The notes: a model not told the origin generated them from the sequence alone. A stretch of DNA of 64,000 bases from Hyaloraphidium curvatum SAG 235-1 (GCA_025558095.1 JAIVFI010000031.1:124001-188000); one strand, 5' to 3'; positions 21,229 to 34,501 are shown, counted from the stretch's first letter. Made by a program: numbers and translations.

Positions 21229-23164
21229 GGTCAGAATCCGGAAAAGATGAGATCAGAACACGGTGAAGAGCACGAGGTCGCAGAGATCTGGCGCGGGAAC
21301 GGCCGTGAGCAAAGGCCGGCGAAAGGTTCTGCCGGCTGGGCCCGAGCGCCGGCTGCACGGACCGCCGCGGCCGAGGGAGCCCCCGCAAACCGCAGCTTGC
21401 GACCCAAAGGTCGCAGAACCGGGCCAGACCGGGTCTCCGCCGGCGGCAGGCGCGGATGGCCGGGGCATAAAGTGCCCGAGATGGAGGTCGCCCCAGGCCA
21501 ACCCCCCCCCCCTCCGCGGCGCTGCCCGGCCGCGCCAGTCGCAGATCAAGACAAAAAAGCTCGGAAACTTACGCGACTGCTGGCGCCGGAGGTCTGGTGC
21601 GTGAAAGACGACACGGGGGGAGTCCTTTGTTGACCTTGTTTGCAAGAGGCGTCCTGGTCCCACGAGCATCAGGTCGCCACAGGCGCGTCCGAGCTACATG
21701 CAAGCCGCTTCCGAGGCAAAAGATCCTCCCTCAAAACAAAGAAACGTCCTAGAATTCGAAACGAAGAAGATCCGCCGCATGCGAGAGAGCGACGCCCGCC
21801 ACGTCACCCGTCCAGCTACCGTTTCAGAGACTCAGGCAAAACCACTATTCCATCGATACAATGGCGAACAATAGCAAGAGAGCATGCGAGTAGACGAGGA
21901 CCGGATGACACCGCCGTCGCGGCCGCTGAGCTGCCCCTAGCTGGGGTTTGCCCGTTGGCCTTGCCGGCGGCGGCGTCCCGTGCCGCTTGCGCACGGACGG
22001 AAGAAATGGCAGTGTGTCCGATCCGGTGGCACGCGATGCCGGCCGCCCGAGGCAACGAGTTTGACGACGGTCCAGGCATCCAAATGGTTCCGGGAATGAG
22101 CAGCGGGCCGCAACACCGAGGAATCGCGAAAGGGGCGGATGCGGTTCCTAGCGACGACGAGTCAGCCGACACCGCGGATAGCATCGCGGCGCGGACACTC
22201 ACATTGGCGGTTCACGGGCACTCTGCTGCCGATATACGCCAACGCCAACGCGTGGGGGAGTAGAGGGCGCTCTGCCGGATACGATCGAGGTCCTCGGCGT
22301 GCCGTCGCAGGAGCCGCGCTCCGCAGCGCCGCGTCAGAATCGTGCCCGGGAGACGCCGACTTATAGCTAAAAGAAAAGAAACGGTCCCGCAGAAGCAGCG
22401 CAACGCGCTCCCCAGCGTCTCGCCGCCGCCAGAGACGGTGGCACGGAGCCCCCTCGACAGGGTACCTCCTCGCAGCCAAGAACAGCAACGCAAGCGCGGC
22501 CATCCAACCACCGCCGGCGGCGACGAGGCCGCACAGGCAGGCGGTCGAACCGGCGGCGCTCAAAGCTCCGCAGGCAGCGACAACTGGCATCGGGCGCACA
22601 CCCCATCCGGCGGCACAGGAACAAGGCGCCCAAGACAAATCCACGCCGACATTCTTCCTGAGCGGCCCCCAAAAAGAAATCTCCGAGCAATAAAACGACG
22701 GGAGAGCCGCGCCGACGGCCCGCGCCCGACCGCCGTCTGCCCGGGTCAGCTGCCGTCGCGCAAAACACCCATCGACGGGCACCACGGGGCTACGCGATGC
22801 CGCCGAGGTGTGTGCAGCCACGTCGCTTGGTCGAACACCGCCGGCAAGGCCTGCCGCCGCCGACGATCGCTCCTGACCGCGGTGGGGCCCAGCGTCCGCG
22901 ACACCGCCCCGCGACCGAATCCCGGCGCCATCGCCGGTAGAGGCGCCGAGAAATGAACCAGCTGAATGAAAACCGATGCACAGCGTGGCGCGCCGTGCTC
23001 TGCAGCGCGTGTGAGGGGTTCGGAGGTTTGGCTGTTTGCGCGAGTCGTATATTGCCGTTTCTCCAAAGCTTGCCCACCCGGCCCCACCCCGCACACAAAA
23101 CTGGGCGCCGAATCTCCCATCCCCCAGGCCACGGCAAAAGCAGGAACCAATAGGAAATACCCGG

Positions 23165-23340
23165 TAAGGGGGAAGGGGGAGGGGGGGAGGGAAAAGGGGG
23201 GGGGGAAAGAAAGGGGAAGGAAAAGAAGGGGGGAAAGGAGAGAGGGGGGAGGGGAAGGGGGGAAGAGAAGGAGAAAAGGAAGGGGGGAGAAAGAAAGGGG
23301 AAAAGAAGAAAGGGGAAAGGGGAGGGGGAGAGGGGAAAAA
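23165..23340 (+). repeat. polypurine (G/A) low-complexity tract
   Basis: ~175 nt almost entirely G and A. Confidence 0.9.
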
Positions 23341-23414
23341 TCTCCGCTTCTCCTCTCTCTGTCGCACCTCTTTCCTCGGACGATTTGGAACGCGTGTCGC
23401 CCTCCGGAATCGCG

Positions 23415-24114
23415 ATGCTCCCCGCCCGCCTGGCCCACACGCGCGTCGTCCTGGCGTCGGCCTCGCCGCGCCGGAAACAGATCCTGGAGGGCATCGGGAT
23501 CGCCGCCGAGGTCGTCCCGAGCACCTTTCCCGAAACTCTCGATAAGGCAGCGTTCGCGTCGCCCGCGGGATACGTGCTGGCCACTGCAGAGGGCAAGGGG
23601 AAGGAGGTGCTGGAACGCGTCGCTGCGGCGGGCGGGGAACCGCCGTTGGTCGTCGCAGCGGACACGATCGTGGTGCTCGGGAACGAGATCCTGGAGAAAC
23701 CGGAGTCGCCCGAGGCGGCAATGGACATGCTCTCGCGGCTGAGCGGGCGTTCCCACACGGTGCTCACGGCCGTCGTGCTGCTCCACCCGGATCCGCGGGC
23801 GCCGGGCGGGCCGCCATTAAAATCGGCGTTCGTGGAGGAGACCGAGGTGTTTTTCGCCGAGCTGTCGGAGCAGGAGGTCGAGGCGTACGTCGCGACGGGC
23901 GAGCCGATGGACAAGGCGGGCGGATACGGTGGGCTCCTTCGACACGTGCCTCGTAACACGGAACTGATTTTCTTATCTGCTTTTGCCAGGCTACCAAACC
24001 GGCGCGGGCTCGCTGCTGGTGGAGCGCATAAACGGCTGCCACTACAACGTCGTGGGATTCCCTACGCACCGGTTCGCGCGGGAGCTTCGGCACTTCCTCG
24101 ACAAACTACCGTGA
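23415..24114 (+). CDS. Maf family nucleoside triphosphate pyrophosphatase (YhdE/ASMTL-like)
   Basis: VVLASASPRRKQIL, VVAADTIVVL, ILEKP, TGEPMDKAGGYG|YQ...INGCHYNVVGFP; one intron ~23929-23989. Confidence 0.92.
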
Positions 24115-24448
24115 AGCTATTCAAGCCTGTTACGGCGTGTTCAGTCAGCAGGATCCCGGACGGCCACGGCTAGCCACGGTCGACGACGCGGAATCCAAGC
24201 TCATGTCAACGGTAACCTCGCACGAGGGTCTCGTTTGCTTGGCATGTAGGGACTGGAGCTGGCCCTTCACATCGAGACATCGAACTTCTGGGCAAGAGGA
24301 CCTCCAAGTCCTCGGCGCCGCTGGACAATCCTGAGCACTTCAGCATGGAGCGTTGTGGGGCCTGCACGGACCGGCGATTGGCAACGGTGTGATCGTGAAT
24401 GAAACCACCGAAATGTCACATCGCACAGCTGCCCTTATCATGTACAAT

Positions 24449-26020
24449 TCATCCTCTCTCAAAGTCAACGAGCGATTGCAACTCCTCATCCCTCACTAGC
24501 TCACACCTCCCACAAGTGCGCGGCTTACGCGCAATGTAGTGCTCCATGATGGCCAAGTTGAAGTCCGGGTCCCCAGCCGCGTCAAGGTTCTTCAGCCACT
24601 GCGTCCGCGGGGTAACGACCCTGAGCGAGTGGATTTCATCGATCCCATCCATGGAGAAGGGCAAATCTCTCGGCAGCTCCTGCATGAAGCCCTGCACGAG
24701 GCAAAGTTGCTTCCTCACGTCGAGATCTGCAAGAACGCCGGTCAATATAATGGCTTACACGTCGTTGCAAGACACGCTCACTTTCCAGGTGTTGTTCGTC
24801 TTCAAGGATCGACTTCTTGTCGAGCTTCCTTGCTCCCATACGCATTGCACGGCACCAAAACAAGAACAGTTCCGCCGTCTTCTTCTTATACTGTTCCCAG
24901 ATCTTGGGAAGCGTGAAGGCCACCCGGCCCAACGAAAGCCACGTGGCCCAAATGGTCTCTTGGAAGTTGTGGTCGAAAATGCAACGGAGCTCAAGGCACC
25001 AGTCGGCCCACGACCAAAGCCAATCATCATAGCGAGGCAGCGGTCGCTTGTGCACGTTGTGGTTACGTTCCTTGAACTCGGCCAAAGTGCGGGGCGTGCC
25101 CGGTGCGGCGAGAATATGCGATTCAGGCAAGATGGGAGCATGGTACGTTTCGTCCACGTAGTCCAGCAGTTTCTCGACATCGTCAAAAAGAGCTCGAAAC
25201 TCTGTGGCACGCCGCCGGATTTTCTCTAGAAGCAGTGTCAGCGTGGAAATGCGCTGACCAAACTTGACAGCTTACGGATTTCTTCGTGCGCGGCAGAGCA
25301 CAAGGCGCCCCATTGAGGGGCGCTGCTAAAGTTGTTGCTGGCCTTCATTTGCATCAGGTCCATCACCAAGGCCGGGACCTGGGCCTCGGGAACTTCCGCT
25401 TCCCCGTTCCCTTCGCTCAGCGGTGCCACGTTCCGTGTGCGAAGAACCTCCAGGCAACCATTAATGAGCACTTCCAGTGGCGCGTTCAGCAGCTTGTCGA
25501 CAGCATCGATACTGGGGTCGCAACGCAGCCATTCGATGGCGGCAGTCGCAACGGCATCGTGCTCAGCCGTCCACGGAGCAGACTTTGTGCGAGCGACGAC
25601 TTCGGCTCCGAGGTTGTCATAGTATCTCACAACAAGCACGGCGCTATGTCCTTCCAAATGAAGGGCGACTGACGATGGGCTCTCGTACTTGATTGCTTTT
25701 CCACATATCCTGCACATGAAGACCCGATTGCCTCCTCCGTCGAGGTACGACTCCTGGGACTCGCAGCCCAGTAGAACGTCCTGGTGCCCACCATCATCGT
25801 TGCGGAGGTAGAAGCGACGAGTTGCGATCCCCCCGAGGCCCTTCACGACAAAGTCCCGGCCGATGGGCCACCACCCAGCAACGGGGAGAGCAGTTTCGTC
25901 GTTCGGTGCCACCACTCTCTTGCCCGTAGACCGCTTGCGCGCGTCGGCCGGAGCGACGGGGTTCTCCCCAGATAACTCAATGGACCGCTTCCGCGACACG
26001 CTCTGGCCGTGACGCGACAT
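24449..26020 (-). CDS. hypothetical protein with BED/C2H2-type zinc finger (multi-exon or decayed)
   Basis: FMCRICGKAIKYESPSSVALHLEGH at ~25650-25720; same-strand ORFs 24636-25157 and 24449-24745 probably belong to it; lower GC. Confidence 0.4.
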
Positions 26021-26327
26021 TATTTCCCAGGCAGTGAGGGTCTGAGAGCATGGGAATGCTGCTACACGACTTACAGTAGATCGTCGATCGATTCCGCGGA
26101 TCCGCATGAATCTCCCTTCAAAATGACTTGTCTTGCTTCTTCTTGCTGTTTTGCTTTGGTGTCGGCTGATGTCCTGCCCGAGAAGCGCCGTACCGCTCGG
26201 GAACGTTGCATGCGAGGAACCTGCCAGGTTCCAACCTGCCAGGTTCCGACCGCAGCGCTTCCCGTGGACCCTTCCGAAACGCAAGCGACCTCTCTCGCAA
26301 GAGACACTCTCTTGCTTTCGCGACAAC

Positions 26328-27011
26328 ATGGCCGCAGCCGGCGTGAACATGGCCCTCACGATTCCCTACGTCAGTCGCCTCAACGACCTCCAGTACATCG
26401 CCGGTCGTCGCGACGATCCCACCAAGACCATTCGCGATGGGCTGATCACCCTTAAAGCCGGCAACCCGGTCTTCAACCTCTACACGGCCAAGGCTGCGAC
26501 TAGAGACTTTGGCCTGTACCATCTTGGGGCCACTCATGCCGTTGTCGTCTTCCGCGGGACGGACCTGGGAAACGGTGTGCCCCAGATCTTGCGCGACGCA
26601 CTGCACGACGCACAGCTCTTCTTCAACTCGGTTCCGACCCGCACCGAAGCTGCGCGCCTCTTTATCACCCAGAACTGGGCTCACTGGACGAATGGCCGCA
26701 CTCTGGTCTTCGTCGGGCACTCTCTCGGTGGTCGTATCGCTGCGGAGCTGACCGCCCACTTCCCGAACTCTTCGGCCCACATTTTCAAGTGAGCGTTTCC
26801 TCTATCTCAAGGTTTCCCCCCACTGAAGCAGTGAATCGCCAGCCCCGCGTACCCAATCCATGACGGCAGGCCTCCTGCACCCCACCTGCAGCGTGTCGTC
26901 GCCTATTGCATCAAGGGCGACTGGGTCTGGCAGTCCTTCAACGGGCCCCACCGTTTTGTTATCCCCGTCACGCAGAAGGACAAGCACGCCCTTTCCAACT
27001 TCATCAGGTAG
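26328..27011 (+). CDS. class-3 lipase-like alpha/beta hydrolase
   Basis: VVVFRGTD, FVGHSLGG (Ser), then after an intron at ~26789-26842 FNPA, KGDWV (Asp), KHALSNF (His). Confidence 0.8.
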
Positions 27012-27871
27012 TGTGCTTCAGATGCGCTCGTGGTATGTGCTGCGTACCGGTCTGCATTCCCGCACGCCCTTGACACTCTTTGTCTTACGCAGTTCGAATA
27101 AAGGAAACGAAGCAATGGGAGCAGGCGGATAACGAAAGGACCCTATTCGGTGGGCAGGGGGAACCGAACTCTATCCGGAAACATGGAGAAGCCCAGACAT
27201 AGGGGTATTGACTTTGATGGTGATGTCTACTAGCGGACGTCACCTGATCTGTCGCGATTTTGTTGTACAACATTGGGGAAAGCACTACAGTTGCAGTTTC
27301 AACTCCGCGATCAGCGATTGCCCCGTGTCACCGGGTTCGACACCGGTCACCGGTACGTCAGGCTCACCTGACAACCAGGTTAGCATCTTTGCCTGGCCCG
27401 TTCTGTCCATCAATGCGTGTCCGCTCACCCCAACGGTGGGTCGGTTGGAATCGGAGAAACAACAATAAGCATTCTGGGCGGACAACTCTCGGCAAGATCA
27501 AACTCACGCCTAACCTCCTATCTTGTCTTTCATTGGACCGCAGGTTGGATTCAAACTCATCTGCAACCATACGAAAAGAGCTTGATTTCGGACTGTAAGG
27601 TCACCTGCAGCTTCCAATCCAAGACACGGATGTAGTGAGCCTGGCCCAAAGAAGGAGAGCCACTGGCGTGCGCGACCGACAATCCGTCCCGCGCGGATGC
27701 GACGTGCCTGAGCCAAACTGCACGCCTCCCTTGGAGAGTGGACACGGTCGGCACCAGAAGCATCACGGCAAATTCGTCCGTCGCATTAAACCAGCAAAGA
27801 CGCAGCCTACTAACGTAGAGAGTTATCGGGGTATCGCATCCCGCCCGACCCGGCCTTCCGCTTCCCGCCGC

Positions 27872-30337
27872 CTAGTCCTTCCTCTTCCCCTTCCTCTTGG
27901 GGGCCATGGGGTGCTCCCCCCTTTCGATCCAGTGCGCGTGCAGCCGCGCCGCGTACTGCGAAAAGGTCGACTTGGCGGTGCCGACAAAGTGCGCGCCCGA
28001 GGCGACGGCGATCTGGTCCACGAGGGGGACGAAGAGGTGCGCCGTGCGGCGTGTGAAGACCTCGGCGGGGACCAGGCGGCCGTCGGGGAAGGCCACGTCC
28101 TTGGCCTTGGCCAGGCCCGAGGGCTGGTGCATGAGGTCGCCGAGGACAAAGGTGCAGGGGTACTTGTCGAAGAGGGCGCGGAAGGAGGGGTTGTTGCGCG
28201 CGTCCAGGGCGTCGGTGGCCACGTAGACGATGGGCACCGACCAGGGGTCCTTGGCCGTCGCGTGGAGGTGCTTGCAGATCTCGAGCAGGGACTCGGGGTC
28301 CGAGACCGTGCTGGGGTCCGCGGGGAGGTAGGGAGAGAGCGGGTGCGACGCCGGCCCGGCGGCTGGGGCGTCGGTGGCGTTGGCGGGCGCCGCCCCGTCC
28401 GCGGCGGCGGCCTCCTTGGCCTCCTCGGGCGCCTTGTCCTCCTCCCCCTTGGCGGGCTCGGCAGCCTCGACGACCTTGTCCGCATCGGCGTGCTCCGCCG
28501 GCGGCGCCAGCGCACCGCCGATGTTGTTGAACTTTGGCGGCCTTGCCTCGTCGAGCTCGGGCGCCTTGGGCGGCGCCTTCTCGGCCGCCGCCGCCGCCTC
28601 GCCCTCCTCGTCGGCGGGCTTCCTGTTGCGCGGCGCCGGCACCGACCCGACCGCAATCATCCCCCCGGGCTTGCCCTTGCCCTTCTTGCGCTTCTCGACC
28701 GACCCCTCGGTCACCTTCTTCCACAGCCCGCCCAGGTTCTTGGTCCCCTGCCCCTTCTTGGGCTTCTTGCCGTTGGCGGTCGCGTTGCGCCTCGCCCCCT
28801 CCACCCACGCATCGAGCTCCGCCACGGCGGCCGCGATCGTCTCGTCCGGCTTGCTCGAGAACATCTCGCCCCCGCCGCGGGCCTCGCCGATGCGCAGGTG
28901 CAGCCCGAGGAAGCTCCCCCGCCCGCCGAGCTTGCCCACGACGCCGTCGGCCAGCCGGTGCAGGACCGGGTTGGCGTACAGCATCGCGTCCTCGACGGCC
29001 TTGGCCAGCTCCAGGCCGCGCTTGGATGACATGACGACGCGGTCCGAGCCAAAGACGGAGCCGAAGTGGAGGATGCGGAAGTCCCCGTGGGCGTCGAGGT
29101 CCGCGCGGAGCTGGGTGAGGTTGAGGAGGGGCCCGCGGTACTTGCCCAGCGTGACGGGCTGCCGCGGGCCGGGCGGCTTGTTGGAGCGGTTCTTGGACGT
29201 CTTCTTCTGCCACGGCGGCTTGTACCCGTTCTCGGCGAAGCGGTACGCCCACACGTGCTCGTCGTCCTCGAAGACGACGGTCTGGTTGGCCCGGCGGAAG
29301 GGCTCCAGCCAGTTGTGGTCGCGCACGTCGGCGCCGACCTCGTCCATGAACTGGTCCATCGAGATCCACCGCATGCCGAGCTTCTCGAGCGAGTCGAGGC
29401 GGAACAGCTCCTCCCAGGGGAGCACGATGCGGTTCCACCGCCCGCTCTTGTCGACGCACGTGAGCAGCTTCATGTCCTTCCACTTTTTCGGGCGCTTGAC
29501 GAAGCGGCACTTTACGGGGTCGATGTTGGAGAGGTGCGTCTCTGCGAGCAGGCGCTGCTCGACGGCGAACGGCCGGTGGGGTATCGGGTCGCCCAGCATG
29601 GCGGGCGGGACGACGAGGGTGAGGTTGAGGGTGTGCGCGATGAGGAGGGCGTTGGCGAAGGCGACCCGCTGGTTGTTGAGGCCTGTAACGGAGCGAGAAG
29701 AGCGAGCGAGGGGTCAGTTTCCGGGAAGCCGGCCGGCGGGGAGCCACGCACCGCTGTGGTACATGTACAGCATGTAGCGCCGGCCGTCGGGCACCGACGG
29801 CGCATCCCGCCTGCGCAGCCGCTGCTTGAGCACTGCCCTGCCGGCCTCGACGTTGCGTGCCACGGCGGCGTCCGCCTCGACGTCCGCGTCCGAGAAGGGG
29901 ATCCGGTACGGCGGACGGCTGCCGATTGCGGGGGCGGGGTCCGGGGGGGCGTCGGGCGGCGCCTGTGCGCCGTCCCCGGTGTTTATGGGGTTATTTGCGG
30001 GAGCCTGTGCATTATTTTTGATTGCGGGGGCGGCGGAGAAGGGGAGCGGCGCGCGGGCGTAGAGCAGCAGGGCGAGGCCGGCCAGCAGACAGAGCAGGCC
30101 GACCCGCCGCGGGCCCCAGCCGGCCGGCAGGCCCCGCGGCGCCTGCGGGCGGAGCAGCTGCAGCCCGCGCGGTCTGAGACCGTTCAGAGTGTCCAGCGCC
30201 AGCCGGTTGGCGGCCTTCCGCAGCGGCGACGGCGCGCCGTGCGGCCGCGCGACCGCCGGCGCCGGCAGCTCGCCGTGCACGCGCGGCGCCGGCAAATCGC
30301 CCTCGGGCGTCGCCGTGCGGGCCACCGCGCCGTGCAT
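27872..30337 (-). CDS. O-fucosyltransferase-family glycosyltransferase (type II membrane)
   Basis: TM helix; YMYHSG|LNNQRVAFANALLIAHTLNLTLVVPP; FLGLHLRIGE; VYVATD; VDQIAVASGAHFVGTAKSTFS; one intron ~29683-29751. Confidence 0.8.
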
Positions 30338-30877
30338 GGGCGATCCGCGGCTGCCGGCTCGGCCGCTGGCCGGGTGTTGGTCGAGTTTGGTCGTGTTGAT
30401 TGGGCTCTTGTCGGTTTTCCAGTTTGGGACACCCCCTGCCTATTGGGGCCCAACCCGCTTGAACGGTCCCTTCCGTGATTCATGGCCCTGCCGGCAGCGC
30501 GATGTTGGCTAATCTGCCGGCAGAAGGCCGTCCGTGGGTTCGTGCGCCCTAGGGACCGGGATGCTCTTCCGCCGGCCATCCCTCAACCCCGAGACTGTCC
30601 GACCGATCCATCCGCAGATCGGAGCAGCCTCGATGGACGCTACGGACCTGCCTTTGCTGTTTGCAGCGGCAGAAGAGGGATTCGCTGGGCCTCACCGTCC
30701 CACGCCTCTGCGACCCTCGCGGCCGGACCGCCAACAACCATTCACGTGCTCCGATCGGACCCGCAACCGACACCAAACCACCGCCAGCATGCCGCTTTCG
30801 AGCAGGGAAACACCGGCCTCGCGGACGCCGGCCTCTTTTCTATTGCCCGGCCCGGTCCGTCCCGCCGCGGGGCCCGC

Positions 30878-32177
30878 CTACTTCTTGACGAACGCCACGC
30901 CCTTCTCGATGTTGCCCTTGAGCTCCGGGATGCACTTGGCCAGCAGCTCCTCCTCGTAGGCCGAGATCTTGCCGATCGGGTGGATCTTTTCGGCGCCCGA
31001 GGGGCCCAGCTCGACGCGCGAGGAGAAGAAGGCGACGCCGGGCTGCACCGAGGACTCGACGTAGGTGCACTCGGAGGTCTTCTTGCCGCCGACGACGGCC
31101 TCGAGCAGCGAGTTGGCGAAGCTGTTTGTCGGAAGGCGACGGTGGAATTGTTTGGTTCGGAGCGGCACGCAAACGCAAAAGACAGCGGTCAGATAATCCC
31201 CCCTTCCCAACGTGCGAACGACCCACCGCTCGGCGGCCATGGCCATCGACAGCGTGGCCGACCCGGTGCCGTCCTTGGCCTTGACGACCTCGTCGCCGCC
31301 AAACTGGATGCGGTGCGTCAGCCTGTCCAGCTCCTCCTTGGTGAAGCTCAGCCCGGTCTGGCTGAGCAGCGGCACGATGGTGGCGCCCGAGTGGCCGCCG
31401 ACGACGTTGACGTCGATCGCGGTGGGGTCGGAGCCCTTGATCTCGGCGACAAAGGTCGCGGCGCGGACAATGTCGAGGGTGGTGATGCCGAACAGGCGCT
31501 TGGCGTCGTAGACGCCTTTGGCCTTGTAGGTCTCGGCGAAGATGGGCACCGTCGAGTTGACGGGGTTGGCGATGACGCCGACAAAGGCCTTGGGCGAGCC
31601 CCTGGCAGGAAGGCGGGCGTCAGACCTCCGGCCGCCGGCACACGCCCCGCCGGCGGACGTACTTAGCGCAGGCCTCGGCGAGCCCCTGCACAATGCTCGC
31701 GTTCTTGTTGAACAGGTCGTCGCGGGTCATGCCCGGCTTGCGGGGCAGCCCGGCCGGGATGAGGATGAGGTCGCACCCGGTGACGGCCTCATCGAGCTGC
31801 TCGGGGCCCTTGAAGCCCTTCACGGGGCGGGCGCGCGAGTTGATGTGGCTCAGGTCGGCGGCGACGCCGGGGGTGTTGACGACGTCGTAGAGCGAGAGCT
31901 CCGAGACGTGCGGGTTCAGCTTCATGAGCAGGCTGCGTCGGGACGTTCCCTCCGTCAGCAACGCCTCCATCGCCGTCCCAATTGCTGCAATAATTCACCT
32001 GAGGGGCTGGCCGATGCCGCCGGCCGCGCCGAGCACGGCGACCTTGGCGCCGGACTGCCGGGGGGGGTCGATTCAGCGCGCGCCGACGCGGCACCATCCG
32101 GCCGCGCCCACCTTGCCGCCGACGTGGCCGACGGCGTAGCCACGGATGGCGGTCTGGAGCTTAAGCGAGGCGGCCAT
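30878..32177 (-). CDS. MDH1: mitochondrial malate dehydrogenase
   Basis: [67 protein letters not shown]; N-terminal presequence; 4 introns. Confidence 0.95.
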
Positions 32178-32322
32178 CGATGCGGTTGTTTGGGTCGCGG
32201 GAGGCGGTTGGAATGAGCCGAGCCGGCGCGGCGCGTCGTGGCGTTTTTCTGTTTCCGGCCCGCCGATCCGTTCGGCCACACAGAGCGGACATCGTCCGGC
32301 TTTCCATGCCGTGCTTCAATCT

Positions 32323-33102
32323 CTATTCATCAGCCTCCGCACCGTCCTCGAACGCGAACCGCGGATCGGCAGACTCGTAGTTTGCCAGGCAGATAAAGTC
32401 GTTGCTCAGCCTGCCTCCCTCGTGGGCAGGCCGGAACCGCGTGACGCGCAGCTGCGGCAGTATCCGCGCGAGGAAAGGCTTCATTACGGCGCCCGTGCAG
32501 ACGAGGATTTTGGCGCCGGGAGCGGAGAGGAGCCGGATCGCGAGCGCGAAGCGGAGCCAGCATTCCTCGGAGAGGAAAGGCGGGTCGACTGAACGGCGGC
32601 CTAGTCAGACGACAGAATACCATGCCCAAGCAGAGTACTGCTCACCGACGAGCATGTCCATGGCCCCGCGGCACCGCTCCGGTAGCGCGTTCGGCTCGGC
32701 ATAGTCGTACCGGACAAACTCGTCCCCGGCGCCGACCGCGAACCTCGCATCGTACTCGAACAGCACCGCCTCCCCGCCCCCGGCCCGCTTGTAGGCAAAG
32801 TACGGCCCCGGCGTCGACAGGAACCCCACCGTCCCCTGATGCGCGGCCAGGCACTCGCCCGCCAGCGCCTCCCTCGTGGGGACGTCGTACCAGAACTGGC
32901 TCAGCTGGTAGTCCTCCGCAAAGTCCTCGATCCCCGCGCGCGCCGCGAAGCCGGCCTCGGCGGCGGCCTGGAGCTCGGCGAAGCGGCGCTCGGACTGCTC
33001 CTTCTCCGAGAGGAAGGAGGCGAGCGCCGCCAGCGTGTCGGCGGGGAGGCTCGGCGGCTCGTCGTCCGAGCCGGCGTCGGCTATTCGCGAGTCGGCATCC
33101 AT
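32323..33102 (-). CDS. EFM5: EEF1A lysine methyltransferase (Efm5/N6AMT2)
   Basis: LPADTLAALASFL, FAEDYQLSQFWYD, LFEYDARF, VDPPFLSEEC, LSNDF. Confidence 0.9.
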
Positions 33103-33241
33103 CGTCCTCGGACCAACAGAGACGAGAGCGCACAAGAACGAGGAAATATGTCGCCGCGGTTCTGACAGGTCTCAATCAATCGGCATCGCCCTGCCGGCAA
33201 CCCATCCTCTGCTTTGGGACGGCGCCGCAAGCCTTAGGACG

Positions 33242-34501
33242 ATGCAGAATCTTCGGGTCGACAACTGGAAGCCCGCCGATGTGTCGTTCGACCCCGTCAC
33301 CGTCCGCGTCCGGGGCCCGAGACCTCGTCATCCCGGGCCTCGCCTTCGCGCCGCCTCCAACACCGTCCGCCTGTTGCTCACTCCGGACGACGGCAGCGCA
33401 GCGCACATTGCTATGCTCCGGGCGTCGGCGCCGCGGCCTCCGCGGACCCTGACACTGCCCCCGCCCGCGGAGGACGAACGGCTCGCCGATTATCGATCTC
33501 AGGAGGAAGGAGCACGGTTACGTGGCCGGTGCTCCGCGGATCATCGCGTTTTCCAGGGGGTGCCCGTCGATGGCTCCCAATCCGAGCCGGGAGGGCGGGA
33601 CGGACCACTGCTGGGGCTCGTGGTCCTTCGAGTACAGCAAACTGCGCGTGCGGGTCGCCGGCGTGCCCGGGACCGAGCTGTGGGCCATCTATGCGCGGCC
33701 CGGGGTGGTCGATTACCGCGGCCATGTCGGCGATGCGGTGGTGTGGCCGACGCCCAAGGACAAGGGCGAGATCAGGATAGCGCTCTTTGAGCGGACGTGC
33801 GAGATGGGGACCTGGATTCCTTCTTCATCCTGGTCCGCCAGATTGAGGACTACGTCGCGATGTTCCCGAAGCTGAGGCCGCGGGCGCTCGCCGCGCTCGA
33901 GAAGATGTTGCCCGTCATTCGGGCCACGAGCATAGTTCAGGACGAGGCGTTCCTACTCTGGACCCTCGGAGAGCAGCTCGAGGCGGTGCAGGACTACGAG
34001 GGAGCTACTCTGCGCTACTACGACGCCTTTGTGCTGTGCCGGAAAAGGCCGGAGGAGGTCGCTTGGGGTTCGCTGGCGCTGTCGACCAACTTCCTCGGTG
34101 CGCACACCGAAGGCGTCCGCTGCTTCGGGCTGCGCTGACCCGCGACCGTAGGCCTGGCTCCGAAGCGTGCCGATCATTTGGACGCGGCATCGGCGTGCTA
34201 CCGCCTCGGCGCCGCGACTGACGACGGCTCTGCGGACTCGAACAGAACGTTCCCGGACCTCCTTTTCACCCTGTTGAACCAGCGCGGCATGGACGCCGCT
34301 ACAAGGAGCCAGCAGAACAGGGAATCGGTCAGGAGGCACCAGGGAGGCGCGGTGCGGGCAGTCGCTACGTGCGCATTTTGCGGCTACCCGGACAGCGCCC
34401 ATGCAGCTTGTACCGAGGAGAAGAAGCAGCTGAAGCAGTGCTCGAAGTGCAAGACCCGCATGTTACGCACAAGGCCGAGTGCAAGAGACTGCAGGAAATG
34501 A
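33242..34501 (+). CDS. TPR-like / MYND zinc-finger protein (paralog of 38557-40068), possibly truncated
   Basis: WKPADVSF, FERTCEMGDLDSFF, RYYDAF, CAFCG...LKQCSKCKT. The MYND C-terminal half looks degenerate and there may be frame breaks. Confidence 0.55.

Noticed and set aside
21640-23721. ORFs upstream of the Fanzor gene as a transposase
   Set aside because: No DDE, HUH, or tyrosine/serine recombinase motifs; low-complexity translations, partly from the purine tract
27325-27350. GGTTCGACACC, resembling a tRNA T-loop / Pol III B-box
   Set aside because: No cloverleaf or A-box could be built around it
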